Shown here in pieces: positions 46,152-55,026 of a stretch of 64,000 nt of DNA (its first letter is position 1; the number at the start of each line of letters is the position of its first letter). A model generated the notes under the pieces. It did not search any database, was not told the origin of the DNA, and was given only the letters and a program-made list of their open reading frames with translations. The position numbers were made by a program, and so were the translations under genes. The stretch comes from a virus. The stretch spans positions 11,116 through 75,115 of the IMG/VR virus record IMGVR_UViG_3300025132_000026. One strand, given 5' to 3'.

Positions 46152-46172
46152 TATATAAATACCTCCTTTTAA

Positions 46173-47384
46173 TTATGATTTAATACCTGCTAGTTTCTTC
46201 ATTCTCAGTGAGAATGTGTCGGTAGGTTGCGACTCTTGGCGAGTCGCTCGAATAACAGATGAACGATTTGTTATTGCTTCGCTCAGTGATTTTGGTCCAC
46301 TCTTAGGAGTTGACTCCACTGCGCTTTCAAGCGTGTTGTAAATCGTACGCGCTTCTGTTACAGAACCAGCTTTTGAAATGGCTTCGACAATCTTAGATTT
46401 TTGTCGCTCATTTAGGGAGGCATTTTTCAAAATGCGGTTCGTATAGAGCAAGCGAGCATTCGAGAGATTTACTTCTTGTAAAGTTCCCTTCAACTCTTCT
46501 AATACTTGTCTATATTGTGAATTTTGCTCTTTGATTTGGTTATTTTCGAAAACCAATTCTTCTTGAGCCTTCTTCAAGTCTTTTAAATCTTCTTCCACCT
46601 CAGTACTGCGGCGATGAGCTAACTCTCGCTCCATCTCGTACTTGGTGTCTTCGCTTGGGCGGCCGGCCCACCCAGATAACTCTGCAGACATGTCAACGGT
46701 AAGTTTTTCCATAATTGCATCGACAAGCTCGTCGGTGTCAATTTCTTCATTGGTTGACATTGTGCCAGCGTTTACCTCGTCCTCTTCTGAATCAGAGTCT
46801 GAATCTTTTGGAGAGTCCTCAAGATCTTTCATTTGCTCTGCGTCTGCGGCAGCTGCTGCTGAGCCAGCAGTGGTAGCTTCTTCAAGTTCTTCCTCTTCTT
46901 CGGAAAGAACGTTTGCGATAGCTTCTTCGCTAATTTCAATTTCTTCTTCAATTTCTTCCTGCATTTGCTGGATTGCTTCTTGAAGTGCGCCCAAGTCAAT
47001 AGTAACTTCGGTTTCTTCACCTTCCTCGGGAAACCTTTTAAGGTTCTCACCCTCCATTTCTGCAAGGCCGTCCGTTGCTGCAAAAGATGTTCCTGGCGCA
47101 ACGTCGTCTGCTGTTACGCTGGGGGTGCTGGCCGGGTCGTCCCCAAGAGCATCGGCGCCTAAACCCAAATCGGGCTCTGCTGGCGCTTCAGCATCAAGGC
47201 CGAGGTCCATTTCTGGCTCGGCCGCAGTGTCATCGAGAGGCATTTCTTCCTGCTCAATAAGTTTTTCTAATGTTTCTCTAACTTCGTTAGAATATTTATC
47301 GACAATTGCAGATTCGGCGCTTTTTAAAGCAGCTTCACGGAGTGCTTGCGCGTCTACGATCGCCTCTTTGAGTAAACTTGACAT
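46173..47384 (-). CDS. prohead core / scaffolding protein
   Basis: Acidic coiled-coil upstream of the MCP gene; ends RMKKLAGIK. Likely start MSSLL at 47384. Confidence 0.8.
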   Translation of the reverse strand: MSSLLKEAIVDAQALREAALKSAESAIVDKYSNEVRETLEKLIEQEEMPLDDTAAEPEMDLGLDAEAPAEPDLGLGADALGDDPASTPSVTADDVAPGTSFAATDGLAEMEGENLKRFPEEGEETEVTIDLGALQEAIQQMQEEIEEEIEISEEAIANVLSEEEEELEEATTAGSAAAAADAEQMKDLEDSPKDSDSDSEEDEVNAGTMSTNEEIDTDELVDAIMEKLTVDMSAELSGWAGRPSEDTKYEMERELAHRRSTEVEEDLKDLKKAQEELVFENNQIKEQNSQYRQVLEELKGTLQEVNLSNARLLYTNRILKNASLNERQKSKIVEAISKAGSVTEARTIYNTLESAVESTPKSGPKSLSEAITNRSSVIRATRQESQPTDTFSLRMKKLAGIKS

Positions 47385-47457
47385 TAAATGTCTCCTAAGT
47401 TGATAATAGATCAAGAATAAATAGTATTATATCATCCAAAAATCACTTATTTTACCT

Positions 47458-48591
47458 TTATGTTCCAACCGAGCCTATGATACACCAGCTTTCTCCATCT
47501 GATTGTAAAATTCTAGAGGAGTAATTCATTTTTAGGACCACTGTATCTTTTAAGTCTATTGTGCCTTCTTCAACTTTGATGTTTACGACATTTGAATTAA
47601 TCTTATGTTTTTGTGAATTCGCTTTTTTGACAACAATTACCCTCCCCTTCGAATTACAAGCAGGAGGCAGAACAACTGTTATCTTGTTTTCTATCGTATC
47701 GCACACTACGGTATAATCGGTTTTTTGAACTTGATAAATCTTTGAGTGTACTTTTTTTATATTCTTTATTAGTTGGCCTTCTATTTCTAGACTACCATCA
47801 ATTTTGACCGATGCCGCATTCACAGAACCATTCACCATGAGCACATTTTTTTCCGTGTCATATAACAAGTTAGAGGATGCTGTGAGATCGCGTCGACCTT
47901 TTATTTGTATTTCATTTAAGTTTCCTGCTGCCGTCAAGGATTTTGTTTTAATATATTTTTCGTATAAGTTTAAAAGAGTTGTGTGCTCGACAGTTCCCCT
48001 TGAAATATCTGCCACCAACAATAAGTCTTGATCACTCAAATTTTGTCCGTGCCTATTAATTGCTTCTGTTTTTCTTGGATCTACTGATAACTTATCTGAT
48101 TCAAGCGAAAGTCCTCCGTTGGGCGAAATATCGACGGATATGCCATCCACGGATAACCTAATCCCGGATGAAGATTTTACCTGCAGGTTGCCTCTGATAT
48201 CTTGGAGCCCCAAGTCATAGTTTATGTTATCTGCGTTTAACTTACCAACTACGGATTGGGCTTGTAGGTTTCTAAGCCCCTCCGCGGAGCCTTCAAAATT
48301 TTGGGCAGATATTTTTTTAGCCAGGAGAGTTTGATTTTTCTTATCAAACTTAAGAGTGTGATGTGTATATGCATCATTGCCATTGCCATGTATAATAATA
48401 GAATCACTGGCTCTCGGCTTAATCTCCCTTAAAGCCACTTCTTTTATTGTGGCACAAGGGCTCTGAGCGCTTGTATCATAAAAAACACTTGCACTGATAG
48501 TGTTTTTAAATATTTTTATTCCACCTATTTCTTGATCCGCGTGCTGATCAACAGAGCCCTCGACGGAGCCCTTAATAACATTGTAAGCCAT
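47458..48591 (-). CDS. putative virion fibre/decoration protein
   Basis: MAYN N-terminus; shared C-terminal domain (VVLPPA...GRVIVVKK...SDGESW). Confidence 0.65.
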   Translation of the reverse strand: MAYNVIKGSVEGSVDQHADQEIGGIKIFKNTISASVFYDTSAQSPCATIKEVALREIKPRASDSIIIHGNGNDAYTHHTLKFDKKNQTLLAKKISAQNFEGSAEGLRNLQAQSVVGKLNADNINYDLGLQDIRGNLQVKSSSGIRLSVDGISVDISPNGGLSLESDKLSVDPRKTEAINRHGQNLSDQDLLLVADISRGTVEHTTLLNLYEKYIKTKSLTAAGNLNEIQIKGRRDLTASSNLLYDTEKNVLMVNGSVNAASVKIDGSLEIEGQLIKNIKKVHSKIYQVQKTDYTVVCDTIENKITVVLPPACNSKGRVIVVKKANSQKHKINSNVVNIKVEEGTIDLKDTVVLKMNYSSRILQSDGESWCIIGSVGT

Positions 48592-48640
48592 ACTTTACCT
48601 CACCAACATTAAATAGGCAATCGTATCTTTAATATCCACA

Positions 48641-48672
48641 AAAAAGAGGATGCCCCCACAAAGGAGGGCACC
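48641..48672 (-). terminator. probable intrinsic terminator
   Basis: GGTGCCC...GGGCATC stem followed by CTCTTTTT. Confidence 0.55.
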
Positions 48673-48714
48673 CAAGAATAAACAATGAGTTTTGTCGAGA
48701 CAAAACAAGATTGA

Positions 48715-50292
48715 TTAGATGATGAACCAGTGAGTTGCATCCATAGCAACCAAGGTAACAGCAGAGCCGGTTGATTCAAGGAAAATTGAACCAGCGGCTG
48801 CGGAATCTTCGATTGAATCATCTGCAGCACATTTAAGAGTAACGTTCGCTTGTGAGCCCGAAAGCTTGACATGAAGAACCTTACCTTGAACAGCCGATGG
48901 AAGTGTATAGATAGCACCGCCAAGACCAGTGGTAGATCCAGACTTGATAAGAGCGAAGTCAGTTGAACCAGAGATGGTAGTTACGTACGGGGACGCACCA
49001 TAGTGTCCAACATCCAAGGTCGTATCAGCACCAACGATTTCATCAGCGTAGATTTTTCTCCAGCGAAGAGCATCGGTACCTAAGTCACGTGCAGAGTCGG
49101 TAGAAGGAACGAGGTCCGAGTCGAAACGACCAGTAGCTGTGATGGTGTCAGAAGTTGCGTTACCAAGATCAATGTTTCCGTTGAACGATGCAACGCCATC
49201 AACACCAAGATCACCAATACCGATAATGTTTTCACCATCAGCATCTAATTCAGCGCCAAGCTTAGGAATAGTAACGAAACCAGAGTTTGTTACACCAAAG
49301 CCGCCCGCTACGAGGAACGAACTACCAGTGATACCCGCCGAGCAGGATACTGTCGCGGTTGGGCCAACTGCCAAGTGTTGAGTACCCAGGATAACTCCAG
49401 TGTTAGTGATGGTAGCACCTGTAGTACCAGCAGCACCGATTACGATTGAACTACCGGTAATACCAGTAGAAGCAGACAATGATGTTCCGATAACCTGACC
49501 TGCAGCGCCGTAGATTACACCTTTGCTGTTAACAACCGTGCCAGCGGATGAGCCGTCGAGTAAGTTAAGTTCAGCAGCAGTCGAAGTAACTGCGCCGTCA
49601 GCAAGGTTAAGACCACCAGCCTTAGCAACAGTTAAGTCACTGTTCGCTTTCACAGTAACGTTGGCTGCACCAAGTACCAGCAAGTCAGCGTTAGTTGCGT
49701 TACCAACTTCAGCGTCGTCAGGACCCTTGAAGCCAGTACCTTGCACAATACCACCAGCACTGTAGATAACAGCTTTGCTATTAACAACTGTACCGGCCAC
49801 CGCGGTGTCGAGCAAGTTAAGCTCTGCAGCAGTTGAAGTAACTGCAGCGCCACCATAGTTGAAGCCACCAACTGTAGCAACCGAGAAATCAACGCCATCT
49901 TTGACAGTGATTTCCGCAGCACCAAAATTCATTGCGTCTGCATTGCTAGCGTTACCGATATCGAATCCATCAGGACCTTTAAAGTCAGTAGCCTGAACAA
50001 TACCAGCAGCACTGTAGATTACAGCTTTGCTGTTGACAACTGTTCCAGCAACCGCTGTGTCGAGTAAGTTAATCTCGGCAGCAGTCGAAGTAACTGCAGC
50101 GCCACCGAGTTGAAGCCCGATAGTACCGTTGTGTCGTGGAACGTCGACGTTACCATCCTCAAGGATAACTAAGTTTTTCAACCTAGTAATGTTTTCGCCT
50201 TCAGGTCCTTGACCATTAAGGAATGTAACTTCACCGGCTTGTTCAAGCGCACCTGAAAGTGCTGCTTGGCCGATTTGAAATTTATAAGCCAT
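48715..50292 (-). CDS. putative head/tail fibre protein with internal repeats
   Basis: Three AVTSTAAE(I/L)NLLD units; DLG....RW motif; shared C-terminal domain. Confidence 0.7.
   Translation of the reverse strand: MAYKFQIGQAALSGALEQAGEVTFLNGQGPEGENITRLKNLVILEDGNVDVPRHNGTIGLQLGGAAVTSTAAEINLLDTAVAGTVVNSKAVIYSAAGIVQATDFKGPDGFDIGNASNADAMNFGAAEITVKDGVDFSVATVGGFNYGGAAVTSTAAELNLLDTAVAGTVVNSKAVIYSAGGIVQGTGFKGPDDAEVGNATNADLLVLGAANVTVKANSDLTVAKAGGLNLADGAVTSTAAELNLLDGSSAGTVVNSKGVIYGAAGQVIGTSLSASTGITGSSIVIGAAGTTGATITNTGVILGTQHLAVGPTATVSCSAGITGSSFLVAGGFGVTNSGFVTIPKLGAELDADGENIIGIGDLGVDGVASFNGNIDLGNATSDTITATGRFDSDLVPSTDSARDLGTDALRWRKIYADEIVGADTTLDVGHYGASPYVTTISGSTDFALIKSGSTTGLGGAIYTLPSAVQGKVLHVKLSGSQANVTLKCAADDSIEDSAAAGSIFLESTGSAVTLVAMDATHWFII
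49490..50110 (-). repeat. about 2.5 copies of a 252-bp (84-aa) intragenic repeat
   Basis: gcagcagt(c/t)gaagtaactgc recurs near 49574, 49826 and 50078. Confidence 0.85.
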
Positions 50293-50464
50293 GTTTAAAA
50301 ACCCTCCATTATTATAGTTTTATGTAGGCAGAGAGGATAAGCCTCTCCGCTCTTATATAGTGTCTTCTGGGGGGATCTTTTATTGGCTTTTTCGTAGCGA
50401 GTAACAAAACATAAGAACGTTTAGCTTTGATACAAAATACTATTATTTTTTGATATAAAGTATT

Positions 50465-51094
50465 TTACACCACCCACCAGTCGCTTGTATTAAAAGCGAT
50501 CAAAGTAACAGCAGAGCCGGTTGATTCAAGGTAGATACTGTTGCCTGTGGTGCCTCCCTCGATCCTATCTCCACTGCTGGCAATAACTGAAACATTCGCA
50601 ACAGAGGCGGAAAGTTTAACAAATATTTTTTTACCTTCTGCGGCGGTTGGCAGTGTGTATATTGCACCCCCCAAGCCGGTCGAGGAGCCGGACTGAATTA
50701 AAGCAAAATCCACGGAAGAGGATATAGTAGTACCAAGAGGAGGTGCGCCATATTGCTCGACCTGTAAATCAGCACTTGCCAAGCCAGTGAGTCGACTGCC
50801 ATCTCCTTCGAAAAAAGAAGCCTTCACTCCAATGCTGGCCGTGAGTTCCCCAGCTACAGTAAGAGCACTTCCATCAAATGTTAAATTTGACTCACATGTA
50901 ATATCATTAGCATCGCCACCAACATTTGTTATTAGAGCATTGTTTGTTGCGTTGGACAATCTGGGTACATTAATGATTGATTCTCCGTTGGACGTGCTCA
51001 AATTTCCGGAGACTATATTTTCTATTACAGTTCCAGACATTGGACTGTATATTTGAGCGGCCAGGATAGAGCCAGTAATTATATTGTAAGCCAT
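50465..51094 (-). CDS. putative virion fibre/decoration protein
   Basis: MAYN start; C-terminal ~95 aa closely similar to that of 48715..50292. Confidence 0.7.
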   Translation of the reverse strand: MAYNIITGSILAAQIYSPMSGTVIENIVSGNLSTSNGESIINVPRLSNATNNALITNVGGDANDITCESNLTFDGSALTVAGELTASIGVKASFFEGDGSRLTGLASADLQVEQYGAPPLGTTISSSVDFALIQSGSSTGLGGAIYTLPTAAEGKKIFVKLSASVANVSVIASSGDRIEGGTTGNSIYLESTGSAVTLIAFNTSDWWVV

Positions 51095-51119
51095 TTTATA
51101 TCGTCTCCTATTACTTTAA

Positions 51120-51824
51120 TTAGAAGACGAACCAATTGCTTCCATTAGAATAAAGGTTAATCGCTGGGCGAGAACCTGTCATTGTGTAAGAAACACCACC
51201 GTCGATGTAACTGCTATTTTTTGAGCCCGTCACAATAATACTACCTGTGCCTCTGACTCCAAGCTCATCTTTGATAACCAATAAGCGCCCAGTATTGGAA
51301 CCAGAGGGTCCGGGCAATGTTATGGTGACCGTGTTGGGTTCGAATACGCCAATGATATAATCCTTGGATTGGACAACATATGATGTGGAGGCCAAGATTT
51401 GGGTGTATTCACCACCAAAGCCCCTAACTCTTACGGATTCATCATGCGCAGAAGCGCTAAGGATATAGTCGGCGGTGCCGGCGAAGCCCACCTTTGAGAC
51501 TGTTAGGCTACCGGTACGAATATGTACGTCATCGTTCGTATTACCGAAGAATGTCGAACCGGTGGTACCAATCTGAGTTATGTTCGCGATGTGATAACTG
51601 CTAGCTGATATAGCGCCTGTGACAATAAGTGTGCCGGTAAGATATAGAGTGTGCCCATCACGACCAAGGCCGGTGTGGGAACTAGTGTAATATGTAAGAT
51701 AAGCTGATCCAGTAGTCGGACCACCAGACTCAGTTACAAACTGAATTGAATGTGGTGGACCAAAGGATCCCGAACCCGGAGTAATTTCATCGCAGTCTAC
51801 ATATGCCCAACCGAACTTCGCCAT
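51120..51824 (-). CDS. putative virion fibre/decoration protein
   Basis: TGS/SGS-rich; C-terminal ITLP...GRLLVIKDE...YSNGSNWFVF. Confidence 0.65.
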   Translation of the reverse strand: MAKFGWAYVDCDEITPGSGSFGPPHSIQFVTESGGPTTGSAYLTYYTSSHTGLGRDGHTLYLTGTLIVTGAISASSYHIANITQIGTTGSTFFGNTNDDVHIRTGSLTVSKVGFAGTADYILSASAHDESVRVRGFGGEYTQILASTSYVVQSKDYIIGVFEPNTVTITLPGPSGSNTGRLLVIKDELGVRGTGSIIVTGSKNSSYIDGGVSYTMTGSRPAINLYSNGSNWFVF

Positions 51825-51833
51825 ACCTTCTCC

Positions 51834-52292
51834 TTAAAATGTGCTACATGCTGCGAATACATTAACATTGGCGGCCGTAGCGGTTACAAATGCAACTTTA
51901 TCTATTCCAGTTATATCGTACCGCCGGTAAGACCTTTCGTCTGGAGTTTGGACCGCTGGATTGTTGCCAGAAGTACTAATGGCTATGGAACTGGCAGCGG
52001 GTGATGCATTGGTGCCCCAGCCAGCAGCCTGCGTTACAGGTAGCGAGAACCACCGCTGAAAGGCGTGGCAGTATCCATAAACTTCTACTACAGTCGGTGT
52101 GCCCACATTGGTGTCCTCAACTAAAACATGTAAGTATCTTTGGTTTTCTGTTGCATAACCGGCGTTACTCGCCTCAACACCTTTCAGGGGAGTCGTGTTA
52201 GCCAAGGTCTCGACTGAGCCTCCCGGAGTGTTAACCAAGCTCTTAGGGCCGCGGGTTCTTCCCCAACTGCTATGTTTAAATGTCGACATCAA
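51834..52292 (-). CDS. hypothetical (putative virion) protein
   Basis: AGGAG RBS and late motif at 52321. Confidence 0.65.
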   Translation of the reverse strand: MMSTFKHSSWGRTRGPKSLVNTPGGSVETLANTTPLKGVEASNAGYATENQRYLHVLVEDTNVGTPTVVEVYGYCHAFQRWFSLPVTQAAGWGTNASPAASSIAISTSGNNPAVQTPDERSYRRYDITGIDKVAFVTATAANVNVFAACSTF

Positions 52293-52327
52293 AATTCTCC
52301 TAATTTAAATACATTCATTATAAATAG

Positions 52328-52573
52328 TCACCTTTTGTTTCTATTGCGCCTTTCTTGCGCTCTTATTCTTTTTCGCTCTTCTCGCTTACGAAGACGAGCA
52401 GCTCTTTTTTGCTTTTCTTTCTTCGCTATAGAGGGTTTCTTATAATACCTTCTTTCTTTAACTTGTTCAATGATTTTTTCTTTTTTGCATTTTTTAATAA
52501 ATCTACGAATCATTCTTTCGTGATTGTTTTTGCATTCTCTTGATCTGACTACAACGTTGCTCGGCTTCTTCAT
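52328..52573 (-). CDS. rpsU: ribosomal protein bS21 homolog
   Basis: V.VR....ERMIRRFIKKCKK.KI...K.RRYYKKPS followed by a basic tail. Confidence 0.85.
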   Translation of the reverse strand: MKKPSNVVVRSRECKNNHERMIRRFIKKCKKEKIIEQVKERRYYKKPSIAKKEKQKRAARLRKREERKRIRAQERRNRNKR

Positions 52574-52583
52574 ATTTCTCTCT

Positions 52584-52991
52584 TTATTTCATTGCATCCC
52601 ACATTTTGGATGCACCTCCCACAAGGGAACTAATATCAACTCCCGGGTCTACTGGGCTTCCCAAATCTATTTGTCCCGGCTTGGGTTCTGACACTTCATG
52701 AGTTGCCATCGGGTTTGTTCCTTCGAAAAGATCTACACCATTGTATGCGTCAGCACCAATTGATTTCATAAGCTTTTCTCGGTGTTCGTTTATTTTTTGT
52801 GTTGCTTCTCTGCCAGATTGTGGCGCCTGTTGTGTCAACTTTTGAGTATTTTGTTCGACCACTAAGCCGGTCTGCATACCGCGAGTCACCTCTGCAACAA
52901 CATTGGAAAGAAGCCCTTCTTCTATAAGGACTTCATTAATACACTCCTTTACGAGTGGCTTAATTAATTTTTTTAAATCAGTCTTGTTCAC
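52584..52991 (-). CDS. hypothetical protein (putative prohead core component)
   Basis: MNKTDLKKLIKPLVKECINE N-terminal helix; follows the protease gene. Confidence 0.65.
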   Translation of the reverse strand: MNKTDLKKLIKPLVKECINEVLIEEGLLSNVVAEVTRGMQTGLVVEQNTQKLTQQAPQSGREATQKINEHREKLMKSIGADAYNGVDLFEGTNPMATHEVSEPKPGQIDLGSPVDPGVDISSLVGGASKMWDAMK

Positions 52992-53586
52992 TTAAAACCT
53001 CATTTAAGAGCCGGTTAATTTTGTCGGCCTTTGTGAAAACATTATTGTTAAATTCTTTTGCTTCGCGCATCATAAACGCGCCGGGTGTTGATGGCTCGGA
53101 AACCATATCAAAACAGATCAATTGGAAATCATCTTCTACTATTGTCCTTCCTGCTTCTTCGCGGACAGAACCCATACCGCGTGACGAGACACCAACGGTA
53201 ACTCCACCATTTACTAATTCTTTTAATATCTTTCCAGATGGAGTATCGAGCACTTTAATTTTGCCCATAACATTTTTTTCTTCCATCCAAATAGCAGTGA
53301 CCATATGGGAGCAGTTTCTTAAATTGATCACCGAATCATCAGGGTGATCAAGTTCCCCAAGAGCGCGGTTTTCCTTAATAAGCTTTTGATAGTTCTTGAC
53401 TTCGCGTATCATAGTTTCGTGCTGGTACTCCCGACCATTACCATTTTTAGTTTCGGTCATCTGCATAATGCCAGAAAGAATCATGCCGCCATCGGCAACA
53501 TAACGCTTTTCATCCTCGGTCAAAAGATCCTGGCATACGCCACCGTCGCATAAAGCATAGTATTCTCTTAAAAGTTTTTTAGACAT
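52978..53586 (-). CDS. prohead core protease (T4 gp21-like)
   Basis: NGNGREY, ALGELDHP, SH, TPSGKI, GVSSRGMGS, DMVSEPSTPGA. Confidence 0.95.
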   Translation of the reverse strand: MSKKLLREYYALCDGGVCQDLLTEDEKRYVADGGMILSGIMQMTETKNGNGREYQHETMIREVKNYQKLIKENRALGELDHPDDSVINLRNCSHMVTAIWMEEKNVMGKIKVLDTPSGKILKELVNGGVTVGVSSRGMGSVREEAGRTIVEDDFQLICFDMVSEPSTPGAFMMREAKEFNNNVFTKADKINRLLNEVLSEQD

Positions 53587-53590
53587 CTCG

Positions 53591-54646
53591 TTAGCTCCTT
53601 AATAATCCTGCAATCTCACGCCAGCGATCAAATCTGCTCTCTGTAATCAGGGCCCGAGACAAGTCACTCAGTAAGCGCTCTTCGTTAATCTGCAAATTTG
53701 AAGCCTGCGCCCAAGCTTGAATCGCTTTAGTTATTTGACTTTGTTGGGTTCCTTTTATTCCTGCTTTGTTGAGTGCTGACTGAATCCCATCTTTACCGCT
53801 TAAAGTTATGGTTGGCGTACCTTTGTTTGCTTTTGTAGGCGTTGGACTTGGTGCACTGCCGCCTGGAACCGTGTCCTTAGCTTTGCCAGTTGAAAATTTT
53901 ACATCAGGTCGTTTTTGCTTGTTTTGCATTCGAGGCTGACGAGCGCGGCCGGCGGGTCGTGCACCAGCCATTTCATCTATTTCTTCGTCTTCTTCTAACA
54001 CATCGACGCCCTGATCTTTTAGTTGCGCTGCAACGCTTTTCAACACTGCATTGCGAACAGCCGGAGCTAATTTAAGCTTATCTAGTGTGCTTTGAAGGCC
54101 TTTACCACCCTTTCCTTTGTATACATTAACAGTTGACGTGGCTGCTGGTGCTGCATCAGGCTTTCCGTCATCATTCGTATCCTGCGCGTCTATTTGGCCG
54201 TCGCCATCAGTATCAAAAACTTCCGGCTTTCCATCTCCATCGGTGTCTTGTGCATCTGGCTTGCCGTCGTTATTTGTGTCTATTGGTGGCGCAGCGTCAC
54301 CTTGTTTTGTTACATAACCACCTGAGCGTGCTTTTTCTCCATCAAGATACTGCTTGGCTGCGTTTTCCATTTTTCGCATTGAATCAAGAACTTGCTCAAC
54401 TGCTGGTGTATCTGTGATGTCCAGCTTGGCAAAATCAGATTCCATCTCAACTCTATGCGTATTAATTATACGCTGAACTTTCTTTGCTATGGATCTGCTA
54501 GCATCGCCTGACAGCCCTCTCGAAAAAGCTCCGGCAACTCTGGCGCCCATACGATCTAAAACACCCTCGTCAACCATATCGACATGAGGAAGTTTTTTAA
54601 ATTCCTTGATAAGAAATTTTTTTATCAATTTCTGATTCTTATTCAT
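53591..54646 (-). CDS. putative internal head protein with Ca-binding-like DxDxDG repeats
   Basis: Four DT(N/D)xDG repeats; C-terminus RWREIAGLL resembles the scaffold end. Confidence 0.6.
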   Translation of the reverse strand: MNKNQKLIKKFLIKEFKKLPHVDMVDEGVLDRMGARVAGAFSRGLSGDASRSIAKKVQRIINTHRVEMESDFAKLDITDTPAVEQVLDSMRKMENAAKQYLDGEKARSGGYVTKQGDAAPPIDTNNDGKPDAQDTDGDGKPEVFDTDGDGQIDAQDTNDDGKPDAAPAATSTVNVYKGKGGKGLQSTLDKLKLAPAVRNAVLKSVAAQLKDQGVDVLEEDEEIDEMAGARPAGRARQPRMQNKQKRPDVKFSTGKAKDTVPGGSAPSPTPTKANKGTPTITLSGKDGIQSALNKAGIKGTQQSQITKAIQAWAQASNLQINEERLLSDLSRALITESRFDRWREIAGLLRS

Positions 54647-54651
54647 CTCAG

Positions 54652-54720
54652 CTAAGATCCTTTACAGCAGTGTCGGACCGGCTGAAGCATCCACTTTTGT
54701 GTCCAAATGTTTATGTTCAT
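54652..54720 (-). CDS. possible 22-aa overlapping peptide MNINIWTQKWMLQPVRHCCKGS
   Basis: GAAGGA lies 7 nt before the ATG; +1 frame within the tail of 54662..55018. Confidence 0.4.
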   Translation of the reverse strand: MNINIWTQKWMLQPVRHCCKGS

Positions 54721-55018
54721 GTTTAATTCCTTCGTCTCCAAAAATCATATTAAATATATAAGATGTTCCGGAAGATAACCATCCCAAAATAAAAAAATTG
54801 GTAACAGTTACATCAAAACTAAATAGTTCCGTAAACGGAGAAAGCAGCATTAAAAACCAACCCACATGGAAACCCATGCACATTGGACAATGAAATACTT
54901 TTCCGTATCCTCCAAGAAAGTCTTTTGATGGCCGTAAACGGCTCAGTAGTGGCAAATCGCTATAGACTAAAATCTGCGTAAGACCATAGGCTGCCAAAAC
55001 AAAATATATAAGCTCCAT
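54662..55018 (-). CDS. DUF1360-like membrane protein
   Basis: Three hydrophobic segments with CPMCMGFHVG. Confidence 0.7.
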   Translation of the reverse strand: MELIYFVLAAYGLTQILVYSDLPLLSRLRPSKDFLGGYGKVFHCPMCMGFHVGWFLMLLSPFTELFSFDVTVTNFFILGWLSSGTSYIFNMIFGDEGIKHEHKHLDTKVDASAGPTLL

Positions 55019-55026
55019 TAAATCCT

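Larger units (their letters stand above)
6341..52328 (-). promoter_or_regulatory. recurrent late-promoter-like motif ACTAWWTA (plus strand TAWWTAGT)
   Basis: Exact matches start at 6341, 13133, 14864, 35348, 37130, 40368, 43110, 43500, 44212, 47418, 50354 and 52321. Near matches at 12579, 48610 and 51117. All lie just upstream of minus-strand starts. Confidence 0.8.

Noticed and set aside
53587-54665. Possible duplicated flanks around the 351-aa gene (AAGGA..CT.A.C.GAGATG)
   Set aside because: The similarity is short, gapped and largely explained by the RBS plus start codon.
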